Assembly (NCBI GenBank): GCA_951406725.2
Contig: OX597825.1
Span: 74,090,001 to 74,154,000 of the forward strand
Source of the DNA: Octopus vulgaris
Lineage: Eukaryota
Direction of reading: 5' to 3'
Length of the DNA: 64,000 nucleotides
The notes under the pieces were generated by a model. That model did not search any database, was not told the origin of the DNA, and saw only the letters and a program-made list of their open reading frames with translations. This document shows, in pieces, positions 25,511-37,837 of the stretch (positions are counted from its first letter, which is position 1; each line of letters opens with the position of its first letter). The translations under genes were made by a program, and so were the position numbers.

Positions 25511-26374
25511 CTGTCACGAACTAATATTTAGCTGCCATAGCAAGATTAACTGGCTTATATCAAGCATTCATTAGTAAAGCAAATAAATAATTAATACATA
25601 TTTTTCAAAACACAAAAAGCGTATTTTATAAAATTTAAGATAAATTTAATTTAGCCAGAGTTTAGTTTCCTCTTCCTGTGCTGCGGAAACTAAAAAGTTA
25701 TAAATGCATCTCCTTATTCTCTTCGGAGACAGAACAATAAAAGACAAGTAAGCAGTTACACTGAATTGGCTTGTACCTTTATAGTACATCACCAACCATA
25801 TCTTTCCACCTGTGTGGACAATTTCATAGCAACCGCTATTTAAATTATGCACAAACTAATACTTATCTAAAACAGCTTATTTTTTAGAAGTCTTATACCA
25901 CTATCAAAGGCATTCTATCTGACTGGTTGATATGAAGCGCGACAGCACACGCAACATCTTGCCCACGTTCGTTCATCGTCCTTTCACTTGTTCTCTATCA
26001 CTACTATAACAGGACTTGCTCCTCGAAGCGGTCTAATTTTACTATGTCTTCCTTTGCTATAGCGATCACTTCTATCTTCACTTTTCGTCAGTCTCTTTAG
26101 GGCTCTTAGTAAAGGTGTTTCTTGTTAATCATTCCTACACCAACACATTCCTTGCCGTTATTTTTCATACAGCCTTCTACATGTTATGAATGTATTATGA
26201 ATTATTTAAGAAGAAATATCAGCTGTGAATATCTCTCCAGGTTTGAAATGTTTTTAAATATCATAGTCATGAGGTGAAACTATAAAAAGAACGAAGACAC
26301 GGCGATCCGGTCTCGTTTCACAGCCAATTCTTTTTTTCTGTCTCAAATTTGCGTCCACTGTAGTAAAATAATAT

Positions 26375-26605
26375 TTCTTCTCGAGTCATATAGACACATA
26401 AGGGCCGGTTATCCGGTTTTCATGGCGTATATTTCCCATCAAGGACAGGACGCCGGTCCGTCGCAGGATTACTCATTTTTGAGTGGACTGGAGTAACGCG
26501 AAATGTGAAATGAAGTGTTTTGCTCAAGAACACAATACGTCGCCCAGGCCAGGAATCGAAACCACAATCTTACGATCGTAAGTCCAACAACCTAAACACT
26601 AAGAT
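26375..26605 (-). mobile_element. CORE-type tRNA SINE, variant tail
   Basis: Reverse complement of the 16308-type head and CORE-like domain. Confidence 0.8.
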
Positions 26606-26934
26606 AATGGCTATTACCACTAAAAAAATATCTCAACACTATACGTACTTCACTTAACGTTTGAGCATGTCAATTTAGTCGCAATAAACTCATGAAAATT
26701 CAAATATATTTAAATTATTTAATTTTATCATTTAAAAAATACATAAAATGTCATAATCCAAATCGATTATTGACATCTTCTATCTCTCAGCGTACTCCCG
26801 GCATATCGTTTATTGATCAGTCGTTCGATGAAAAAGGTTAAGTAGATTTAACCTCGGAATCTAGGGAACTGCTGGTCTAATAATAGCTTTAAGATCTCAG
26901 CCGTTTTTTTTTCTGTCAGCAAATCATTAAAACA

Positions 26935-27332
26935 ATCTCTTCTATTCTAGGCACAAGGCCCGACAGTTTGAGGGAGAAGGCCAGTCGATTACATCGACCC
27001 AGTACACAACTGGTACTTAATTTATCGACCCCGAAAAAAGGAAAGGCAAAGTCGACTTCGGCGGAATTTGAACTCAGAACGTAGCGGCAGATTAAATACT
27101 ATTTCTTTGCCCCCCACAAGGGGCTAAACACAGAGAGGACAAACAAGGACAGTCAAACGGATTAAGTCGATTATACCAACTCCAGTGTGTAACTGGTACT
27201 TATCTAATCGACCCAGAAATGATGAAAGGCAAAGTCGACCTCGGCGGGATTTGAACTCAGAAAGTAACGGCAGACGAAATACGGCTACGTATTTCTTCCG
27301 GCGTGCTAACGTTTCTGCCAGCTCGACGACTT
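26935..27332 (-). mobile_element. Dimeric SINE family N inserted as one unit
   Basis: Head + tail-1 unit + tail-2 unit; 13-bp TSD AATCATTAAAACA at 26922-26934 and 27333-27345. Confidence 0.9.
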
Positions 27333-27739
27333 AATCATTAAAACAGAATGGAAGATCTCCGTTACTCGTCGATGAGGACCGAGTTCTCCAGTGAACTGAA
27401 TTACAAGTACCTACTCCTGAAATAACGTGTAATTGGTTAAGTATTTCGCAGACATATGGACACTTAATGTGACTCTCAAGCAGAATCAGACTCCGAAACA
27501 GTGCGTGATAAATCTACACTTTTAGTGTTACACTCGACCTGTTCCAATACAGATTTCGTCAAATCATTTTCGTTCACAAGATATGGGTCGATACGAGGTT
27601 ACAGAAACTGACGCTTGCTAAAAATGCCCCGCAGTAGGATCGAACACGGAACCTGAAGATTGTAAAGCAAACGTCTTAAACATTCCTCCAAGCCGTGCCA
27701 ACTAAATAACTACTTTCTAATTTTATCACTAAGCCAGCA

Positions 27740-27915
27740 ATTTTAAGGCGATTACATCGACCCCATTATCCAACTGGTACTGCTTTAATCGACCCAGTAA
27801 ACTAAAGGATGAAAGTAGGAAATCGGCATCCACAGAATTTGAACTCAGGACAAGGAATAAATGCCGTTTAAGCATTTCTTTCGACGTGCTAACGATTCTT
27901 CCAGCGTGTCGCATT
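27740..27915 (-). mobile_element. Old SINE family N
   Basis: Degenerate homology. Confidence 0.7.
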
Positions 27916-28481
27916 GAGCCAAAGAATGAAGTCTAAATAAATGCCAGCATTGTAGAAACGTTGGTGATATTTTATAGCATGACAAAAAACAAAGCAAAAC
28001 GAATATCAAAAACGAAAATACTCCCACAAAGAACCAGAGGAGTAGCTACGAGAATAAACGCTCATAGTTTTTTATGGTTTTATTGTTAAACTAATTATAG
28101 TTTAAATGATAATTAATCTTATGACACCAAGCAACATCTACTGAAAATCTTGGATAAAATATCCGTGATCGATAACGTTGCTGTTGAATCGAAAGATTAA
28201 ATGCAACTGTGACCATGGCATAGAACCGAATTAATCAGGCAATATTATAAGAATATTGATATGAATATTGATCTATAGATTAATATAGTTCTGGATTTTA
28301 TAAACAGTTATTGCTGACGAGAACAAAGTTGTGGAACTGTTATGCATGCATTACAGTAAACATATCCATGTCTCACATCCAACCTTACTCCCCCTCTCTC
28401 TCTCTCTCTCCCTCTCTCTCTCTCCCTCTCTCTCTCTCTCTTTCTTCTCGTTAACTTTCTTTCTGTCACTACACACACACA

Positions 28482-28893
28482 TACTCTTTTTTTACTTTTT
28501 TACTTGTTTCAGCCATGTGACTGTGGCCATGCTGGAGCACCGCATTTAGTCGAGCAAATCGACCACAGGACTTATTCTTTGTAAGCCTAGTACTTACTCT
28601 ATCGGACCCTTTTGCCGAACCGCTAAGTTACGGGGACGTAAACACACCAGCATCGGTTGTTAAGCGATGTTCGGAGGACAAACACAGACACACAAACGTA
28701 TACACACACGTACGTATATATACATATATACGATGGGCTTCTTTCAGTTTCCGTCTACCAAATCCACTCACAAGGCTTTGGTCGGCGCGAGGCTACAGTA
28801 GAAGACACTTGCCCAAGTTGCCACGCAGTGGGACTGCACACGGAACCATGTGGTTGGTAAGCAAGCTACTTACCACACAGCCACTCCTAGGCT
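28482..28893 (-). mobile_element. SINE family C, full length
   Basis: Head GGAGTGGCTGTGTGGTAAG; CORE-like motif; AAGTAAAA tail. Confidence 0.9.
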
Positions 28894-28934
28894 ATGTATG
28901 TATGTATTTTAAAAATAAATGTATATTTTCTTAT

Positions 28935-30430
28935 AAGACCAATAACCTGTATGAAGTCAATAATGATCTATATGATAAATGACTTCACAAAATCGTTTCA
29001 ACAAGAGCTAACATAGACAGATACAATAATAGTAATGATGAATCAAAATTCCTCTCGAAACGAAATAAAATTGATGACAGGTCAGAATGCTTAACGAAAC
29101 AATAATCAGAAATGTTGTACGTGAAGTTTGTATTACTTAACAAAGATCACAAACCTAATAAGACCACTTGTCGACATTCAAACCAAGCGAGAAATGAAAT
29201 AGGATTGGTATTTAGAAGGCATACCAAGAAACATTCATACAAGAACTAGAGAGACTTCTAAATTTGTATGACAAAGGGGAAATAACAGTACTGTCACAGA
29301 TTGGTTTAGAAATTTAAAGGCTAAGCATAGAGTTAGATATACATTGTTTGATATTTTTATTTCTCCATATCGAGATCGTTGTCGGCTGAGGCAACTGAAT
29401 TCACAAAAACATATGTCAATGTTGACCACGTAGAGCTGGACTATATCATGCATGGGAGACTCACTCTTCATTTCAGTAACGGTTCTGTGTGCATTAAAAA
29501 TCCGATACTGACGAAATGTTTGATGTATCGACGTGATCGTATGACAGTGCAGACATCTCTGATCTTATAGGTCTCTATATGTTAGATACTCTGAGAAGTA
29601 AGTTACCAACTCCACGATGGTGGCTTATATCGTGACGATGGTTTGGGCATATTTCTCACACGATAAATTTAGGAAAAAACAAATTTTTACCGCTCGTCAG
29701 TAATTTGTCTTCTAATTTGTCCAAGGTTGATTCCTTGGATATTTCACTAGATACACGCTCTTATAAATCCTATCATAAGCCGAATATGAAGATCACATAT
29801 ATACATAAACAATCCTACCCCCAGCCAATAGATTTTAAAAGCCTGATAGCGAACATAAGTAATAGGATATCTAATTTTCAAAGGAAATAGCCGATAAAAC
29901 AGCCTTCTACTTTATCAATGACCTAGCTTATAGTGGTTTCAAATCTAAGATACCATATAACACTTCAGTTAAAAATATAAAGCCGAAAACTGACATGGCA
30001 AAATAATACGGTTTCCTTCTTTTCTCTTGAGATGTCAAAATTAACATTGGCGAGAAATTCCTGGCATTATCCAATAATCATTTCTCCAATAAACCAGAAT
30101 TTGAGAAAGATTTTTAATAGACACTTGATAAACATTTCGCACAGTTGCTGCTCCAATATGAAAGGCATTATTATATGCAGGTCACGCCAGCGGCACACTC
30201 CCACTTGTAACTGTCAAAGTTCTGAAATTTGTCTTCTTGATCAAGCATATATGATAAACGCAGTTGTTTATGAGGCCGAAGCAAGAGAAGTGGTGCAAGA
30301 TAACATAATTGAGAAGAACTATTTTGTAGGTTTATGTGAATACAATTTAAAAGTAGTTATGTAAAACACAAGTGTTCTTTCCGAAACGATGATAATGATA
30401 AAGTCACAGTTGAATCACACCTGCAAACTA
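28935..30430 (+). mobile_element. Decayed Penelope-like element (RT + Cys linker + GIY-YIG; Neptune-like)
   Basis: KDHKPN, NSTVTDWF, YDSADISDLIGLYML, GGLYRDDGLG (29628-29639), LDISLD..YKSYHKPN..YIHKQS, LRKIFNRH..ISHSC, CNCQSSEICLL..VVYEA..YFVGLCE; many frameshifts. Confidence 0.85.
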
Positions 30431-31418
30431 CATACAATCAGTTTTTTTCTGTTATTATATAAGCGCTTTTTAAAATCATCAATCTCTTATGTATATATAT
30501 ATATATTTTATATATGTTCAACGGAATTCTTTCCGTCTACTATATCCACCTTGAAGTCTTTACTCGGCCCGAGCCAGTGGTAGAAGACACTTGCCCAAAG
30601 TGCCACAAAGTGGGATTAAACCCGGAACCATACCACACAGTAACGCCTTCGCCAAGAGATAAGTACAAATTCACATCAATACGGTCAGATTATTAGACAA
30701 ACACACATACACATAGATAACGTACCACAAATACACATAGAGTGATATATTTACACACAAACATACAGACATACACTTATAAAAATGAATATATTTTTGA
30801 GTGCGGTCTATATACTTATCTACATGAAAAGTTGAAAATTTTGTAGAAGTTAACATATTGGTTATGATTGCTAGCTATATTGAATTTTTAGAAATAAAAT
30901 ATTGATTTTTAGCCCCAAACAAAATTCTAATTTTGGAATAAAAGCGTTTTTTGTATTTGGTCTACAAAACGGACTCGTACTTTGGTACGCCGAATGTAAA
31001 ATAAACAGTTAAAAAAGATTTCGAAGCTTTAGTATGAGTAAGAAACTTAATATGTAAATCATGTAATTCTGTTCTTTAATATTTCGATCAGTTTGATGAC
31101 ACACTTCAAACATATTGATAATATCGATTGACTTTGAAGAAAGATGAAGCTACAGAGGTTTCTATTCAAAGTAGTGACCAAGTCGAGTACATCAACACAA
31201 GTCGTTGGTGTAATCCTTGCTGTTAATACTACGAAGCCGGAGATTAGCCCAGACATAGAAGCCTTGCAATGGAATGTGTGCTTGCCTTTACCATATTGCT
31301 ATGGTAATATATTGGAGTTGTTGTTATTGCTGTTGTTTCTCTTCTTGGTTTGCTCCATGTCAGTTCTGACCCAGCAGAACTATTATTAAAAGTGTTCGAG
31401 CAGTGTTCTATCCTTTAT

Positions 31419-31797
31419 GTAGCTGTGTGGTAAGTAGCTTGCTTGCGACTCACCTTGGTCAAGTATCTTCTACTATAGCCTCGCGCCGACCAAAGCCTTG
31501 TGAGTGGATTTGGTAGATGGAAACTGAAAGAAGCCAGTCGTATATATGTATATATATATGTGTATGTGTGTGTGTGTGTATGTTTGTGTGTCTGTGTTTG
31601 TCCCCCCCCCCAACATCGCTTGACAACCGATGCTGGTGTTTTTAGGTACCCGTAACTTAGCGGTTCTGCAAAAGAGACCGATAGAATAAGTACTGGGCTT
31701 ACAAAGAATAAGTCCTGGGGTCGACTTGCTCGACTAAAGGCGGTGCTCCAGCATGGACACAGTCAAATGACTGAAACAAATAAAAGAGTAAAAGAGT
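31419..31797 (+). mobile_element. SINE family C
   Basis: Homology to other copies; AAAGAGT tail. Confidence 0.9.
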
Positions 31798-31989
31798 ATA
31801 TATATATCAGACATGTTGCTAACCGAATTTTACTAAATGATGCTTTGTTTTGTTAAGGTTCTAGGTGTGAGCTTCTGAGGGATAAACATGAGGAAAATAG
31901 CATCAAGTATATATATACAGAACATATTTCTAGTCATATTTGAGCAACTTAAAACGACAGCAAACAAGGGCAATAGCTTATCAAATGTA

Positions 31990-32230
31990 AGGAGATGTGA
32001 TTCTGGAGGACTTTAGATGATCTAAGATCTTTATAAGGATTCTCAGCAACTGAAGTAGATAACGGGCTCAGTTTGTTGGACATCATATGAGAAGGAAAAT
32101 CTTTGAGCATTTAGTGAGAACCGGGAAAATGTGAAGAAAAGGCCAGAGAAGACAAAAAAAGAGGATACTTCATTGCTTTAATAGCAGCTTCAGAAAGAAG
32201 AGGGAAAAACGTGCTAAGATGTGCAAATAA
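31990..32230 (+). mobile_element. Highly decayed RTE LINE 3' fragment
   Basis: QFVGHHMRRKIFEHLVRTGKM*RKGQRRQ resembles the RTE post-RT motif. Confidence 0.5.
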
Positions 32231-33685
32231 AAGGAGGGTATAGAGGCCGATTATTGCCGGTGATTCTGGGTATGGTACACGAATAGAGAGCGATCGAAAG
32301 AAAAAGAGAGATAGGGAGAGAAGGGAAGAAAGTGTGAGAGAGAGCGAGAGAGAGCGAGAGAGAGTTAGAGAGAGAAGGTGAACTTCCAAAGGAACAGTTC
32401 CAATGACCTACGATGTAGAGCGTGGGTGAATGCGTGTGTATATTACACACATACACATATACATTACTTTACAATTGCTACATACATACATACATACATA
32501 CATACATACATACTCACACACGCACACACACATACACGGTTTATTGTATTCACATATGATATACACTTTATATGCTTTTGTTTTATGAGTCCCAATAATA
32601 TTTTGCTTCACAGAAACCCGAAAGCATTGACCTCTTACTCAAGGCTTTCTCGCTGAGGACATGCCTACATGCCCACAGCGCCATTAACGATCTGTCCATG
32701 TCCTCCCATTATTAAAGATGATAGTTTTAAAGTTTTGTTTGCCAGATTGAACAGATCAAGAGTTGCCTGTATAAAGATTCACAAAACTACTTGCTGTATT
32801 TGTTTAATTGACTCCGAGAGGAATCATCGCCTTTTCCGATATTAAAGCAATTTCACAATCATAAAATCGTTTTCTGTGATTTTGTTCATTACTGCAATAA
32901 TTGGAAAAAATTAATTTATGCAATGTTTGCTCTCCCCCCAACATCAATGTAAACAATATGTCAATATTTGGGAATTCTTTTGCTGTGGTTTGTTTATAAA
33001 ACAGCTTTGAAAATCGGTCGAGTTATTGATTTTAAATTCTTATCAACAGACCACCAAACATTTAAATTACGAAGTACAATTAAGGTAATTTATACCTATT
33101 TCCCATCGCAGCTGTATCAATAGAATGTTAAAATGGCGCTAACAATTAATGTTATGATCATATACAAATGCTCACAGTTCTTTGAATTCATAAGAAAATA
33201 TGTAAAATCACTCCTAAATTATATTTTGCTGTGAATTAAAATTGCACTGTTAAAGCAAAGCAGTGTAACAAATAATACACGATATCAAATAATATACGTG
33301 AATATCTTAACCGGAATAATTGTAGCTCTCCAGTAGTAGAAGAAAAAAGCAAATGTAGGGTGGTTCGTGGTGAGTTATCAGAATCCTTTGATCATCGAAA
33401 ATAAATGCCTTGTGTTAGTTTTTTTTTTTTGAGGCTCTTTAAAATCCAAGTTTAGACCTTGCAGGAGTTAAATTTCGGAATCATTAGTGCATTGGGAAAA
33501 TGATTGCTGCATTTCTATCAGATTTTTATAATCTTAATTCAAATCCCTACGATGTCACTTTGCTTTTCACTCGTTAGGTGCCAATAAATTAACGTATCAA
33601 TTAGGTATTAAATCGATGGCTCTGATTAAAGCCTTTTGCTTAAATATTGCGTGTCTTGTGCTAACATTTGAAAGTGTTGAACATG

Positions 33686-33944
33686 TATTGGATTGTCTGG
33701 AAAGTTCGTGCCGATGTCTAAAGGAAAGAAAAAGGTCAATAAATACTCGCCATTACATTTTTAATCAACCAAATATGAAACAATGCGTCTCCATCTTTCC
33801 TTTAACTTGTAAATACCCTCTTCCTAGAATTGAGGTGGTTTCATGGCAAAGAATACATCAAGGTATCTTTTTACGTCATCCAAGGAATTGAAATTTTTAC
33901 CATTAAGACTATTCTGCAGAAGCCTGAATAAGTGGAAATCCGCA
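33686..33944 (-). mobile_element. Mariner (DD34D) 3' end with TIR
   Basis: DFHLFRLLQNSLNGKNFNSLDDVKRYLDVFFAMKPPQF*EEGIYKLKERWRRIV; TA|TTGGATTGTCTGGAAAGTTCGTGCCGAT terminus. Confidence 0.88.
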
Positions 33945-34290
33945 GACTTTGCCTTTCATGCTTTCGGGGTCGATTAAATAAATACCAGTTACGCACTGGG
34001 GTCGATGTAATCGACTTAATTCGTTTGTCTGTTCTATGTTTGTCAGACAAACATAGGACAGACAATTTCTAGCCCTCTGTGGGCAATAAAGAAATAAGAA
34101 TCGTTTGCACGCCGGACATAATGATTAGCGGTAGCTCTTCACGTACTACGTTCAAGTTTTTCTGGGGTCAAATTTCCTTTCAATTGTTTCGGATTCGATA
34201 AAAATAAAGTACCAGCCAAGTAACGGGACCGATATAATTGATTTAGCCCATCACCGAAGATTTTTTAATCTTGTGTCAAAATTTGAAATC
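33945..34290 (+). mobile_element. SINE family N fragments (dimer-like)
   Basis: Homology to other copies. Confidence 0.75.
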
Positions 34291-34813
34291 TATATAGTGC
34301 ATACTTAGAAACACTCTTTCCAATATGTCGTTACATATATTTTAGAAATGTCTGAAAAATATATGACTGTTATTCCTAGCAGGTTTCCAGCCACCACGAA
34401 GACCTTTCCTGATTGTATCACATCATTACGCTGGAGTCCTTCAGGGTGGTGAGTGCTAAACCAGTGGGAACTAGGAACGAATTGCATGTTCATCAGTCAG
34501 AGCGACGAAGTCCATCTAGTTGTCTTTAAACCATGACTGATGACTTGTGTGCTGACTGTGTTTTAAATGAAGATGACTTGACTTGAGCACCATCGACATC
34601 ACTCTTTAATCCGTGATCAGAACTTCACTCCAGAGGAAAAACTAGGCCAATACAACAGAAGCTGGCGAGGGATGCAGAAGATGGCCAAAATCTCTTGCTT
34701 GCCTCCTCCTTCTCTCTGAACTTCACTATGCAATCCGCCATTCTTTGAATCATGAAAACTTTTTCAACGGAGTCCGCCAGAGTCAGTCTTCGCATGCATT
34801 GGTAGACAAGAAT

Positions 34814-35203
34814 GTGGAGGCGCAATGGCCCAGTGGTTAGGGCAGTGGACTCGCGGTCGTAGGATCGCGGTTTCGATTCCCAGACCGGCCGTTATGAGTG
34901 TTTATTGAGCGAAAATACCTAAAAGCTCCACGAGGCTCCGGCAGGGGATGGTGGTGATTTCTGCTGTACTCTTTCACCACAACTTTCTCTCACTCTAACT
35001 TCCTGTTTCTGTTGTACCTGTATTTCAAGGGGGCCGGCCTTGTCACTCTCTGTGTCACGCTGAATATCCCCGAGAACTACGTTAAGGGTGCACTTGTCTG
35101 TGGAGTGCTCAGCCACTTACACGTTAATTTCACGAGCAGGCTGTTCCGTTGATTCGGATCAACCGGAACCCTCATCGTCGTAACCGACGGAGTGCTTCCA
35201 TCC
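34814..35203 (+). mobile_element. tRNA-derived SINE, Meta-like core with tail Y
   Basis: A/B boxes; 10-bp TSD AGACAAGAAT at 34804 and 35204. Confidence 0.93.
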
Positions 35204-35520
35204 AGACAAGAATACAACAACAACAACAACAACGACAACGACAATAACTACATCAGCAATAATAACAACAATATCAATAATGATACCAGTATGTTGTAAC
35301 ATCAATATGCATTGTCGATATTCCTAATATAGCAAAACTAATTCTAATGATTAACGATTCAGCTAAAATGTACCTTTTGGGATTATCTTTGGCAAATTAT
35401 TGAATTGTTGATAAGGGAAATTACATCGCTAATCTATTTGGAATTTGGCTAATTTTATTTATGTGATTAAATAATTTTAATTAGATTTCTATGCATAAAA
35501 TTATTTCTTCAAACAGAAAC

Positions 35521-35947
35521 AATTCTTTTCTAATCTAGGCACAAGACCCGAAATTTTGGTGGATGGGTCTAGTCGATTAGATCGACCACAGTATGCAATT
35601 GGAACTGAATTTATCAACCCCGAAAGGAAGAAAGGCAAAGTCGACCACGGCGGAATTTTGAATTGAGAACGTAAAGACAGACGAAATACTGCCAAGCATT
35701 TCGCTCGGCGTGTTAACGTTTCTTATTTCTTTATTGCCATAAACATAGAGGTGGACAAACATAGGACAGACAAAGTGATTAAGTCGATTACATCTACCCC
35801 AGTGCGTAACTGGTATTTAATTTATTGACCCCGAAAGGATGAAAGGCAAAGTCGACCTCGGCGGAATTTGAACTCAGAACGTAATGGCAGACGAAATACC
35901 GCTACGCATTTCTCCCAGCGTGCTAACGTTTCTGCCAGCTCGCCGCC
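35521..35947 (-). mobile_element. Dimeric SINE family N
   Basis: Two units with tail 1 and tail 2; CAAACAGA(A/T)AC direct repeats flank it. Confidence 0.88.
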
Positions 35948-36049
35948 TTCCAAACAGATACACTTGGTAAGGAAAATTTCGAATAATAATTATATAAGAT
36001 CAGTGGAAGTGGCAAGATTAGTTCATATAAGTATAGCGTCTAGCGCAAG

Positions 36050-36465
36050 CATGGCTATGTGGTCAAGAAGCTCGATTGGCAACCATATGATTTGGGGTTC
36101 AATTTCAATTCCTGACACCTTTGACATGTGTCTTTCACTATAGTCGTGGAGCAAGCGATATCTTGTTAGTGACTTTGGTAAACAGAGGCTGTGGAAACCC
36201 ATCCTATATATGTGAGTGTGTCTATGAGTGTATGCGTGTGTGCGTGTGTGCGTGCGTCTTTGTGCCTTTGTGTATTCCAAAACCACTTGAAAAACGGTGT
36301 TGGTTTGTTTGTACCCTTGTAAATTACCGATTTGGCAAAAGACAAATATACAATGAGTAGTAAACTTAAAAACAACTCCTGGGGTCGTTCTGTTCGCCAA
36401 AAGCGCTTCAAGATGGGTGGCCCAGCATGGTCGCAGTCAAATGACTGAAACAAACAACAGATAAA
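36050..36465 (+). mobile_element. Old SINE family C
   Basis: Degenerate homology. Confidence 0.75.
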
Positions 36466-37378
36466 ACAATGGCAGAATTAACTGGTGATAGTAGCTGATG
36501 AATATACAACTAGTACCAGTGATATATACAGCAGAGGATTCCTAAAAAAAAGGAACCTCTATAAGATCACTCAATCTGTTATAAATCTGCCTTTATCAAA
36601 TGTCCCTTTCACATATTTCAAATCGACATCATGCAGTTTTAGAAAAAGACGGGATTGTTAAGGTAGGTGAGTCTTTAATTATATATACACTCGTTTTCAG
36701 CTGACCTTGGGCTAAAAAACAATGCTAAAGGATTCAATCTCTGCTTGGCTTTCTTCTTCCTGAAGACCAATTACTCATGTACCCAGTTTTAGTAATTGAT
36801 TTTTTGTGTCGTGAGAAAAAAAATCAATAATTAATTAAACGGAAAGAAACTAATCAAATTTTTTTTCGATAAAATTCTTTAATATTCTTCTGTACATAGC
36901 TCCAATTTACGAAATGTCCTTGAAATATGGTCGCCAATATATCATTGCGAATAATGGCTTGTAGTATAGCCATATCGGCAGATATTAAGTAAGTCAATGA
37001 AACTAATGATGTCACACCATCTGTAGAAAGAATTGCACCATATAATATATAAAATATATAGAGATAAGACGTATTAGCTTTAATATTTGCCAGCAGTAGC
37101 TGAAAATTTATCATATGATCGAGAAAAAATATGAAAACCAATGGTTGGTAAAATGATTTAGCATAGAGACAAAAAAAAAAAGCAAAACAAAAGCAAACAC
37201 TTTCTGATTATTTTTTCTGTGTACAAGGAGAAATTATTTTTTATAGTCACAGCAACAGCCCATTATTATTATCCATCGGGGAATCCAACTAGACATTATT
37301 CCCGATAATATATATATATTAGCGATGAAATATCGATCTGTTCAGCTTCATACATACATACATACATACATACATACA

Positions 37379-37409
<31 letters not shown>

Positions 37410-37419
37410 GTATATATTA

Positions 37420-37635
37420 TTTTATTCTTTTCCTTGTTTCAGTAATTTTTTTACTGTAGCCATGCTGGAGCACCGCTTTTTTAGTCGATGAAATCAACCC
37501 CTGGGGTGGCTTATTCTTTGTAGGTTTAGTACTTATTCATAAATGTTTTTGTCGAACCGCTTAGTTACTAGACCTAAACACACTATCGTCAGTTGTCAAG
37601 CGATGGTAGTGGGGACATACACACACACACACAAA
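37420..37635 (-). mobile_element. SINE family C 3' half
   Basis: Homology to other copies. Confidence 0.8.
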
Positions 37636-37776
37636 TATTTATATATATATGTATGTATGTATATGTATATATTGATAGAAATAGCAAGACAACAAAAGAA
37701 TGAAAGAGACCTCGATATTATGTAAATAGAGGAATTTATCTGTAAATATAATATGTGATAATTATCCGGTAGTCAT

Positions 37777-37837
37777 GATAAAACTCCGAGTTTTGGATGT
37801 CGGGGCGGAAACCCACGCCGGCATCTCTTCAGTTATC
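37777..37837 (-). ncRNA. Type I hammerhead motif, single G12>A lesion
   Basis: GATAA-CTGAAGA-GATGCCGG..CCGACATC-C-AAAA-CTCGGAG-TT-TTATC; 5-bp stem I, GC-rich stem II, stem III CTC/GAG. Confidence 0.7.

Noticed and set aside
25930-26160. Possible RTE endonuclease remnant (GVGM, NERG) on the minus strand
   Set aside because: Similarity too weak to support by eye.
34340-34800. Possible maT transposase remnant (FWPSS)
   Set aside because: Only one weak motif is recognisable.
34814-34890. tRNA gene-like sequences (also 6174, 7121, 16308, 62966)
   Set aside because: These are SINE heads continuing into SINE bodies, several with TSDs; no proper acceptor stem.
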